From contig CAWAPJ010000019.1 in assembly GCA_963783885.1 (NCBI GenBank), positions 19,824 to 83,823 of the forward strand: 64,000 nt of DNA. The letters are read 5' to 3'. Origin of the DNA: Waddliaceae bacterium (lineage in GTDB: Bacteria; Chlamydiota; Chlamydiia; Chlamydiales; SLFE01). Under the pieces are notes generated by a model. It worked only from the letters and a program-made list of their open reading frames with translations, searched no databases and was not told the DNA's origin. How positions within the stretch are numbered: the first letter of the stretch is position 1; each line of letters begins with the position of its first letter. The position numbers and the translations under genes were made by a program. Positions 35,522 to 43,045 of the stretch are shown here, in pieces.

Positions 35522-37021
35522 ATGCACATCATCCACGCAGCTTCTGAACTCGCCCCGATTGCCAAGATAGGCGGGCTCGGCGATGTTCTGCTCGGCCTGT
35601 CCCGCCAGCTTGCCTGGGAGGGGCATGATGTCGATATCATCCTTCCCAAATACGACTGCATGGATACCGAAAAGATCCGCGACCTGCATATCGACGAGTC
35701 TGACATTTTAGTCGAATATGATGGGCAGGTGCACCCGAATACCATTTGGCTGGGGTGGGTCGACAATCTCAAAGTCTATTTTATCGAGCCCCACCACCCC
35801 AAGCTCTTCTTTAATCGAGGCTGCATTTATGGATGCGACGACGACATCGAACGCTACATTTACTTTTCCAAAGCTTCCATGGAGCTGATGAAACAGCGAG
35901 GCCTTAAGCCTCATCTTCTCCATTTGCACGATTGGCATACAGCCCTTATGGCCCCTCTTTACAAAGACATGTATCGGGAGCTCGGAAAGAACGGACTTAA
36001 ACTTGTTTTTACGATCCATAATATGGAGTACCAGGGAAAATGTCTGACACTTGATATTGATAAAACGGGGCTTAAAGGAGAGGATTATGCCGATCCCAAA
36101 AAGCTTCTCGATGAAACAGATTCAACCCATCTCAATCTAATGAAGGGGGGTATTGTCTATTCTGAAGCGGTCACAACCGTCTCTTGTACCTATGCCAAAG
36201 AAATACAAACGCAAAAAGGTGGAAAAGGGCTCGGTAAACTTCTAAAAAAATACAAAAGCAAAGTTTATGGAATCGTCAACGGCGTCGAATACGCCTATTG
36301 GAACCCCGAAACAGACCCTTACCTTCCCGCTCACTTTTCTTCCAGGGAAAAACCGAAAACCGATAACGACTTGGCGACGATTGACCGGAAAGCGTATGTC
36401 AAGAATCTGCTGAGAGAGAAGCTTATGCTTGACGAAGCGCATCGTCCTTTAGTCGGCTGCGTCGCCCGCCTTGTTCCCCAAAAAGGGGTAGAGCTGATGC
36501 GCCACGCCCTCTTCCGTACATTGGAAAGGGGAGGGCAATTCATTCTTCTGGGAACCAGTCCTATCCCTAAAATCAATCGCGAATTTCACGAGCTGATGCA
36601 TCATTTCGCCGATCATCCCCACGCCCACCTGATTCTGAAGCACGAAGAAGAGACGGCGCATCATATTTTCGCCGCCAGCGATATGTTTATTGTTCCTTCA
36701 ATATTCGAACCCTGCGGCCTCACTCAGTTGATATCCCTTAAATATGGTACCGTTCCCATTGTTAGAAAAACAGGAGGGCTGGCCGATACGATCGTTGATG
36801 TCGACAACGGGAGGGTTCTTTTTGAGAAAAGAAACGGCTTTGTCTTTGAAAAGCCCACGCCCGAGGGGTTCAACTCAGCTTTGGACCGGGCCATCGCCTA
36901 TTGGTTTGACAAGCCGCTAATGTGGCGGAAACTCATGCTAAACGGCATGGCTATGGACTTCAGCTGGAAGGGCCCCGCCAAGCAGTATCTCGACCTTTAT
37001 GAGAAGATTCGGATGAAGTAG
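35522..37021 (+). CDS. glgA: Glycogen synthase (ADP-glucose type)
   Basis: The N-terminus is MHIIHAASELAPIAKIGGLGDV, the C-terminal region has EPCGLTQL, and the length is 499 aa. Confidence 0.92.
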   Translation: MHIIHAASELAPIAKIGGLGDVLLGLSRQLAWEGHDVDIILPKYDCMDTEKIRDLHIDESDILVEYDGQVHPNTIWLGWVDNLKVYFIEPHHPKLFFNRGCIYGCDDDIERYIYFSKASMELMKQRGLKPHLLHLHDWHTALMAPLYKDMYRELGKNGLKLVFTIHNMEYQGKCLTLDIDKTGLKGEDYADPKKLLDETDSTHLNLMKGGIVYSEAVTTVSCTYAKEIQTQKGGKGLGKLLKKYKSKVYGIVNGVEYAYWNPETDPYLPAHFSSREKPKTDNDLATIDRKAYVKNLLREKLMLDEAHRPLVGCVARLVPQKGVELMRHALFRTLERGGQFILLGTSPIPKINREFHELMHHFADHPHAHLILKHEEETAHHIFAASDMFIVPSIFEPCGLTQLISLKYGTVPIVRKTGGLADTIVDVDNGRVLFEKRNGFVFEKPTPEGFNSALDRAIAYWFDKPLMWRKLMLNGMAMDFSWKGPAKQYLDLYEKIRMK

Positions 37022-37061
37022 CAGAAGTGTGGATGTTAGACATCATTTGACTTAACAAAAA

Positions 37062-37271
37062 ATGATTAGGAGGACCCAAAATATGATTTCAGAATTTTAT
37101 ACCGTGACCTCATCTAATGATAAATGGAATTTGGAATATAAGATTATTCCAAAGATTACAAGGGATTCTCGTAATTGCACGATAGAAACAATGAAACTAA
37201 GTGCATGGTCAAATCTTAAAAAAGCAGAAAAATATGCAAAAAAAGGCAGCAAAACAACTGGGAGTCCCTAA
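37062..37271 (+). CDS. Small ORF, possibly the displaced 5' part of the next gene
   Basis: This 69-aa ORF ends 25 nt after an A7 run (37238..37244). The next ORF is open in the +1 frame across the same run. Confidence 0.3.
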   Translation: MIRRTQNMISEFYTVTSSNDKWNLEYKIIPKITRDSRNCTIETMKLSAWSNLKKAEKYAKKGSKTTGSP

Positions 37272-38121
37272 TCTGAGAAACGTAAATGATATTATTGTGA
37301 TCGCTCCTTGTGAGGATGGATATTTTTCCAGGAAGGTAATTGTTTCAGGAGACGATCAAGGAACTGTAAAAAAAGTAGAAAAGCAGACCAGGCTGCTTGG
37401 GAAAAAGCTTATAGATCACTGGAAAATTGTTAATGAACGCTCTTGCGAATATATTCAAGCTTTGGCGTTTTCAAAGAGTGACTTAGAGGAGATTAATAAC
37501 TTTATTCAGAAGAAAAGTGAAATGGAAGGATTTCTGGATCTTAAAATCAAAGGAAAGAAATTTTCTCTGTTTGTATTCGAAACGGATGCTAGCCCTTACG
37601 AGGGTGAATGGACTTATACTATACAAGTCCTTTGCCAAAATGATCCCTCTCTCAACGAATGTCAGGGAGAAGGGCCGATGTTCATCACGTCGGTTAAGGG
37701 TAAATGGCATAAACAAGTTTTGAAAAAGCTCAATGTCAGTATCAAGGAGAAATTACACAATGAAATCAACTCAATCTATAGTCAACCGTCAAAGATATGG
37801 GAGCTAGTCAAGCAACATTCCAACGAATATATTCAAGCTTTGAAGCTTTTTAAAAGTGACTTAAAAACGATCGAAGACTTTATTCAAGAAACGGAAGGAA
37901 GAAAAGGGTTTCTGGATCTTGAAATCGAAGGAAAAGAATTTTCTCTGTTAACAAACCGCATATGTGCTGTTTCTTACGGTGATGACTGGACCGATATTGT
38001 GCAAGTCGTTTGTCAAAATGATCCCTCGCTCAACACACAAATAGGAATGGGAGCGAGGCACCTCACAGTGATTCCGGATGAGTGGCATCAGAAAGTTTTA
38101 AAAAAAATAAAAGAGTCGTAA
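37234..38121 (+). CDS. Hypothetical protein made of two tandem ~110-aa repeats
   Basis: Unit 1 (about 37411..37732) and unit 2 (about 37792..38121) align at both protein and nucleotide level: EYIQAL..KSDL..I..FIQ......GFLDL.I.GK.FSL ... VCQNDPSLN ... WH.KVLKK. Confidence 0.55.
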   Translation: MQKKAAKQLGVPNLRNVNDIIVIAPCEDGYFSRKVIVSGDDQGTVKKVEKQTRLLGKKLIDHWKIVNERSCEYIQALAFSKSDLEEINNFIQKKSEMEGFLDLKIKGKKFSLFVFETDASPYEGEWTYTIQVLCQNDPSLNECQGEGPMFITSVKGKWHKQVLKKLNVSIKEKLHNEINSIYSQPSKIWELVKQHSNEYIQALKLFKSDLKTIEDFIQETEGRKGFLDLEIEGKEFSLLTNRICAVSYGDDWTDIVQVVCQNDPSLNTQIGMGARHLTVIPDEWHQKVLKKIKES

Positions 38122-38128
38122 AGGGCTT

Positions 38129-38179
38129 CTTGTATGGCGCCTTCTAATGCTGAGCGGCATGGCTATGGACGTTAGCTGA
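38129..38179 (+). pseudogene. Remnant copy of the glgA 3' region
   Basis: It translates as LVWRLLMLSGMAMDVS*, against glgA 36917..36967 LMWRKLMLNGMAMDFSW. It contains the exact 16-mer CGGCATGGCTATGGAC. Confidence 0.6.
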
Positions 38180-38180
38180 G

Positions 38181-38307
38181 GTTTAGGTAGCAATCAGGGT
38201 CTAAGCCTCGATTATCGGCAAGGGATTACCCTTGCCTTCAAATCGAGTCTACGCATCTGAATCCAACGAAAGACTTTAACAACAAGTTTAGGTAGCAATC
38301 AGGGTCT
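38181..38307. repeat. Repeat-family copy 1: 22-bp GTTTAGGTAGCAATCAGGGTCT at both ends in direct orientation, with a central hairpin
   Basis: The 22-mer lies at 38181..38202 and 38286..38307. The centre holds the GGCAAGGG-ATTA-CCCTTGCC hairpin with an extended stem CTCGATT/AATCGAG. Positions 38201..38307 are identical to 47921..48027. Confidence 0.85.
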
Positions 38308-38348
38308 TAGATCTTCTGGCGTCTTATATAAAGCAATTCGCAAGACCT

Positions 38349-38690
38349 GTGGTAGCTATGAATTTTTTGGAAGTTTTAGAGTGTCTCCCCAAGAGATTTC
38401 TTGATGAAATCAATAATGACTTTGTTAAACTCTTTTCAAAAGAATACTATAGCACCACAGTAACCACCTGTATCGTTGATGCTTCGGAAATTCAACGAAT
38501 TCCTATAATCAATTCTCTGATTAGCTTAACAAAAGAGGATACCGATTGGCCTTTAATTACACTTGTAATAGATGCTCATGTTAAGATATCCGGAGACAAA
38601 AGAAGCGAGGTAATTCACTCTTTTGTTGAAGCTCTAAAGGCGAATCGAGATATTCGGGTTAAGGCATTCAGCCAGTTTTTTTGTATCTAA
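38349..38690 (+). CDS. Hypothetical protein (orphan)
   Basis: This 113-aa ORF lies in an AT-rich islet and has no motif. Confidence 0.35.
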   Translation: MVAMNFLEVLECLPKRFLDEINNDFVKLFSKEYYSTTVTTCIVDASEIQRIPIINSLISLTKEDTDWPLITLVIDAHVKISGDKRSEVIHSFVEALKANRDIRVKAFSQFFCI

Positions 38691-38696
38691 TGGATT

Positions 38697-38897
38697 ATGA
38701 GAGCCCAAGTAATGGAAATCGCGGCTCCTTATTTAAAAACCTGTAAAAAAATTGAAGTCGATACAATTTATTGGATCGCTTCTAGACTAATAGATATGAA
38801 TGAAGCGAAAAGAAAACCTGCTTTTCAAGGACTCTTACACGATGAAAAATTGGCTGATGATAAAACAACAATAAAAATGCTTTCGGATTATCTTTAA
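38697..38897 (+). CDS. Hypothetical protein (orphan)
   Basis: This 66-aa ORF starts 6 nt after the previous ORF and may be part of the same decayed gene. Confidence 0.3.
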   Translation: MRAQVMEIAAPYLKTCKKIEVDTIYWIASRLIDMNEAKRKPAFQGLLHDEKLADDKTTIKMLSDYL

Positions 38898-39036
38898 AGA
38901 TTTTTCTCCTTAGATTTTTTGTCAACAATTGCCCTTTTTAATAACATTATTGGCATCTTCAAACGTAATTTTCCGAATCAGACTCGAATTATTTTCGTCA
39001 AAATTTTTACCTTAACCTGTTAGTCTTGGCACAGAA

Positions 39037-39064
39037 TTTGTTTACAAAAACCGTTGTAAACAAA
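39037..39064. promoter_or_regulatory. 10-bp inverted repeat abutting the Shine-Dalgarno of the 747-aa gene
   Basis: The sequence is TTTGTTTACA-aaaaccgt-TGTAAACAAA, followed immediately by GGAG and the ATG at 39075. Confidence 0.25.
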
Positions 39065-39074
39065 GGAGTTCAAG

Positions 39075-41318
39075 ATGGGTCCGTTGAATGTTAATCGAGT
39101 AGAATCTTTCCCATTCCTCCAAAAACGGAAAGTTAAGGGGACTCATATTGCCTTAAAGGCCCTTCAGCATAGCAGGAGCGACCCGACATTGAGCCCTCAG
39201 AGAGTGAAAGTTCTGACTCCAAAGGATTATACAAGAATCCCCTCACCCTATAGAAAAGCTAAACCTCCTGAATCGGAGGCAGTTAAAAGAGCCAAAAAAG
39301 ATGCTGCTGCAAATGGCTGGTTAATCTCGGCGCGGATTCAAGATTATGGGATCGACAATCAAAAGGACTTAGTAGACATTGCGAAAATCGCCGCGCGGCA
39401 AGATGGCGGAGGTGTGTCGGCCTATATTGAAAATTATGGAATAACTAGCGAAGACGATCGAATCGAGATAGCATTGCTCGCCGCCATGCACAACGGGATT
39501 GCCGATGCCGACGAGGAAAGTACTGTCTCGGCTTTTATTGGAAACTATCGGATAAAGAATCAAAAAGGTCTTGTCAAGATAGCTATGGCCGCCGCCAAAC
39601 ATAATGGTCTGAGAACCGCTCAGCATTTTCGAAATTATAGAATCAAAGATTCTAATGATCGAGAAATAATATTTCGCGAGACATTGAAAAATAATTCCAA
39701 CGCCATTAGATTCGCGAACCAGTTCGATCTTGAGCTAAAGACACTTGCCAAGATCTCTTCGGATCTGCTGAAAAAACATCCTTTGTTGGCGTCGCTTGTT
39801 TTTGATACGTTCAACAACAAACCTGTTATGCTGCTCAAAATTCAGGCCGAGCTGTATAAAAACTTCCCTCGGCTGGCCAAACAGCTCAGCCAGAAAAAAT
39901 CGATGATTTCAGAGGAAGCTTTAAGAAATTTTTCACTAAAAGATACTTTATCAATACTCGACAACCGTGATTTTTCAAAAAGAGAGTTCAAAAACTTGAT
40001 GGCAGTAATCGATAAAGTTAAAGAGTCGCAAAATCCTCATGAAAATACACTTTGGTTGATAACCGCTTTAATAACTCTTGATAAACTCGATCACAGTATT
40101 TTGAAATATCTTTTGAAAAAAAATGTTCTATTGAAAATGGCTGATCTTAAGCCTCGGTCATATAGGAGTATGCTTGTCGATGATATCGCGATGTTTTCCA
40201 ATGCAAATAAGGAATGGCTAAGCATTTATCAAGATCTCAATCGAAAGAGTGGGAGAGGGATCCATCGGCTCATACCCAATCTCTACCTGGCCCATTTTTT
40301 ATGTCAGGGATTTGACAAAGAGGCTGTTGAAGATTTGGCAATTTCCATTGGTAAAAACAACCATTTAAGAAAACATAAATTTCAAAGTGTCTTTTATCCT
40401 TTTTTTCACAAGCTAATGAACAATCAAACTCTCCACACATTTGACCGGGAATATATTCTAAACCTACTGTTCGTCGAAGAGGAGTCAATTAAACAGAATG
40501 TCTATATTCTCGATATCATCTTATCTCATGGCGAGGGAAGCATGCTGACTTCAGATCTCGCTAAAACCAACGGCAATTTTAGCAAGTTGCTGAATCGGTT
40601 TTTCCAAAGCGAGGGGAAGGTGAAATCATTGAAGCACTTTGCTGACAGGTTCAATGATGTCATAGGTTTCCAAAATGTTTCGGGTAAGGCATTCTTGTCT
40701 CTTTGGGTATCTCTTAGCGACCTGCCGGAGGCCCGAAGAGTCCAAGCCTTTCATCAGCTTGGGTTGTATTTGGATGGAGCCTTGTGTCGAAAAACACAAA
40801 AGGTGCGGAAGAAAAATACTCTTCATAAGATCAAAAATATGTCTCAATGGGAGCAACCTTTGCCGAGAGGCATCAGCGGAGATCTGACCGCATTGGAAAC
40901 CGATAAGTCAAAAACCATGCTTGAAGGGCTTGCATTCATGAGTAGTTTGGATCGGGTCGAAGTGAATGAAGCCTTGCTTTCAGTTCTCACGGATGCAAAA
41001 AACCGCATGATTGTCGTTAAAGATAAAAAAGGGCAGATTCAAGGAGCTGCTGTCATGAAGCTTCTTTTTGAGAAAAAATCACAAAAACCTTTGATTTTTT
41101 TAGATAAGATCTATCCGGTCCGTCCTAGCAGAGGAATTTCTGAAATGATCCTCGAGACGGCCAAGAAAAAAAGCAATATTATGGGATTTGACCTTTACCA
41201 AAAATCCGAGGGACGTAAAACCGATGCTCCGACACTCCTCTCTTTAGGATCCGCATCCTATTCGGAATACTGCGACGGAGCAGGCGGAATCATAAAATGG
41301 AGGCTCTTATACAATTGA
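39075..41318 (+). CDS. Large repeat-containing hypothetical protein (effector candidate)
   Basis: The protein is 747 aa. The N-terminal region (about 39336..39675) has 3-4 copies of a ~36-aa unit: I.(D/N)YGI....D...IA..AA...G.... There is no enzymatic motif I can name. Confidence 0.6.
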   Translation: MGPLNVNRVESFPFLQKRKVKGTHIALKALQHSRSDPTLSPQRVKVLTPKDYTRIPSPYRKAKPPESEAVKRAKKDAAANGWLISARIQDYGIDNQKDLVDIAKIAARQDGGGVSAYIENYGITSEDDRIEIALLAAMHNGIADADEESTVSAFIGNYRIKNQKGLVKIAMAAAKHNGLRTAQHFRNYRIKDSNDREIIFRETLKNNSNAIRFANQFDLELKTLAKISSDLLKKHPLLASLVFDTFNNKPVMLLKIQAELYKNFPRLAKQLSQKKSMISEEALRNFSLKDTLSILDNRDFSKREFKNLMAVIDKVKESQNPHENTLWLITALITLDKLDHSILKYLLKKNVLLKMADLKPRSYRSMLVDDIAMFSNANKEWLSIYQDLNRKSGRGIHRLIPNLYLAHFLCQGFDKEAVEDLAISIGKNNHLRKHKFQSVFYPFFHKLMNNQTLHTFDREYILNLLFVEEESIKQNVYILDIILSHGEGSMLTSDLAKTNGNFSKLLNRFFQSEGKVKSLKHFADRFNDVIGFQNVSGKAFLSLWVSLSDLPEARRVQAFHQLGLYLDGALCRKTQKVRKKNTLHKIKNMSQWEQPLPRGISGDLTALETDKSKTMLEGLAFMSSLDRVEVNEALLSVLTDAKNRMIVVKDKKGQIQGAAVMKLLFEKKSQKPLIFLDKIYPVRPSRGISEMILETAKKKSNIMGFDLYQKSEGRKTDAPTLLSLGSASYSEYCDGAGGIIKWRLLYN

Positions 41319-41396
41319 ACACGCACAGGAAATATAAAAGTTCAATATTGTTCAAAAGAATTAAGTGTGTTAGATTCTTCTCAAGAAAGTGGGAGA

Positions 41397-41999
41397 ATGC
41401 TTTTGACTATTGCCAATTGGCTGACAATTCTAAGATTATTAATCAGCCCCTTTTTTTTATTGATTTACGTCTATCCGAAGACATTTTACGTCTCAGAGGC
41501 GTCTCTTCCCTTCGTTCTTCTTGCCTTATTTTTATTTTTTGAGCTTTCCGACGCATTCGACGGATTTATTGCAAGAAAGTATGAACAGGTGACGGAATTG
41601 GGAAAGCTGCTCGATCCGATGGCCGACAGCATTACGAGGACATCGGCTTTTTTAACCTTCACGCTAGGACCGGTGCAGCTTCCGATAGTGATCGTTTTTA
41701 TTTTTATCTATCGCGACACCATGGTCGGGACGCTCAGGACTATCTGCGCTCTAAAGGGATTTGCCCTTGCCGCCAGAGTTAGCGGCAAAATCAAGGCCAT
41801 CATTCAGGCGATTGCCATCTTTGTCATCATAGCGATGATGATCTTCCATTCTTTAGGGGGGATTTCGCAGCAAACGCTTCAATTTGCCGCCTCCTTGGCA
41901 GGGTGGATTGCCGCCCTATATGCGGTATATTCCGGAATAGAATACTTTACTGTAAACCGCAGCTACATCGCTCGAATGCTGCATAGCAGCCCGCGATAG
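41397..41999 (+). CDS. pgsA: CDP-alcohol phosphatidyltransferase (phosphatidylglycerophosphate synthase-like)
   Basis: It carries the signature D(x)2DG(x)2AR...G(x)3D(x)3D as SDAFDGFIARKYEQVTELGKLLDPMADS, and is multi-TM. Confidence 0.85.
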   Translation: MLLTIANWLTILRLLISPFFLLIYVYPKTFYVSEASLPFVLLALFLFFELSDAFDGFIARKYEQVTELGKLLDPMADSITRTSAFLTFTLGPVQLPIVIVFIFIYRDTMVGTLRTICALKGFALAARVSGKIKAIIQAIAIFVIIAMMIFHSLGGISQQTLQFAASLAGWIAALYAVYSGIEYFTVNRSYIARMLHSSPR

Positions 42000-42007
42000 C
42001 GGGCTGC
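41986..42007. terminator. Hairpin between convergent genes (overlaps the pgsA stop)
   Basis: GCAGCCCGC-gata-GCGGGCTGC has a 9-bp perfect stem and is followed by TT. Confidence 0.4.
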
Positions 42008-42017
42008 TTAAAAGAAC

Positions 42018-42464
42018 TTACTTGCGGATGATATTGGAGAGGTGGTCAGCATAGGCTTTCGCGCCCCCGGCTTTGTAGCCTGTTTTTCCCAGAACATTTT
42101 CGTTCGGGTCGAGAACGATGACAGTCGGGAATCCATTGATATGATACTTGTTTTTCAGCTGTTCGTTTTGCTGCTTTACTTGCGGGCTTTGGTTTGAAGA
42201 CATGGGGAAGTCGAGATCGACAAAGATCATCTTGTCGGCCATTCGATTGGCGAAATCAGGTGATTTGAACACTTCGTTGTCTAGCTTTTTACACCATCCG
42301 CACCAGTCAGAACCTGTAAAAAATAAGAGTATGGGCTTAGACTCGCTTTTGGCCTGCTGAACCGCTTTAGAATAGTCGGTTTGCCAATTGATCGACGAGG
42401 CCGCAAATGCAGTTGCCGCTGCAAAGACCATAAGACAAAAGCTTAATAATTTGAATGTTTTCAT
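42018..42464 (-). CDS. Secreted thioredoxin-fold protein
   Basis: It has a signal peptide and the redox motif FTGSDWCGWCKKL. Confidence 0.8.
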   Translation of the reverse strand: MKTFKLLSFCLMVFAAATAFAASSINWQTDYSKAVQQAKSESKPILLFFTGSDWCGWCKKLDNEVFKSPDFANRMADKMIFVDLDFPMSSNQSPQVKQQNEQLKNKYHINGFPTVIVLDPNENVLGKTGYKAGGAKAYADHLSNIIRK

Positions 42465-42537
42465 AAAAAAAACCCCTTACGTTTTAAAACGTTTTAAGTT
42501 AAACTGCTCAGTTTAATATAAATGAATTTCCAGAAAT

Positions 42538-42990
42538 ATGCAAGGTTACCCCCCTACAGTGATCCTTAGGCACCGCCGTGAAAACCTTAAGAAATGCAGC
42601 CTGAGAGGTTTGGAAAGCCGCGATGATATGAGATTCTTTACTTACCCAAAAGATTCCCTGCCATGTCTGGAGGGGGCAGTTATGCTCGATTTGGAGGGGC
42701 CGGAGTTGTCGCGGGAAGATGGAGACAGGCCCCTTTTGCTTGTTGACGCCACTTGGAGATGGGCTGAAGTGATGAAGAGTCAGATTCCCTTGGTGGAAAA
42801 AAGAAGCCTTCCAGCCGGCTTTAGGACCGCATATCCCCGAAAACAGCAAGATTGTTCTGATCCTGAAAGAGGGCTCGCCTCTGTGGAGGCTCTCTATATC
42901 GCCTATCAAATTCTGGGGAGGGAAACCGCCGGTTTACTCGAAAATTATTATTGGAAGGCAGAATTTATAAAAAATAACAGATTTTATTGA
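42538..42990 (+). CDS. DTW-domain protein, short Tsr3-like aminocarboxypropyltransferase
   Basis: NLKKCS, LLLVDATWRWA (the DxTW motif), LASVEALYIAYQILG and the C-terminal YYWKAEFIKNN are collinear with archaeal/eukaryotic Tsr3 as I recall it. The N-terminal Cys cluster of bacterial TapT is absent. Confidence 0.5.
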   Translation: MQGYPPTVILRHRRENLKKCSLRGLESRDDMRFFTYPKDSLPCLEGAVMLDLEGPELSREDGDRPLLLVDATWRWAEVMKSQIPLVEKRSLPAGFRTAYPRKQQDCSDPERGLASVEALYIAYQILGRETAGLLENYYWKAEFIKNNRFY

Positions 42991-43045
42991 CTTTTTTAAA
43001 AAAATATCTTATAATATAGCTTATTATTTGACAAACTAAGATTTA

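Noticed and set aside
38171-38202. I considered that the repeat termini (GTTAGCT.., GTTTAGG..) might be integron attC core sites (GTTRRRY / RYYYAAC).
   Set aside because: Neither end fits the GTTRRRY consensus exactly, no intI gene or attI is nearby, and the cargo genes are not in a cassette array. The idea is kept only as a loose analogy.
38181-38307. Two 22-bp direct repeats separated by 83 bp looked superficially CRISPR-like.
   Set aside because: There are only two units. The spacer is far longer than CRISPR spacers and itself contains a conserved hairpin that recurs elsewhere. No cas genes are in the window. A MITE or structured repeat explains it better.
41297-41542. An 81-aa ORF bridges the 747-aa gene end and pgsA.
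   Set aside because: It is out of frame with, and overlaps, the clear CDP-alcohol phosphatidyltransferase N-terminus. It is a likely artefact.
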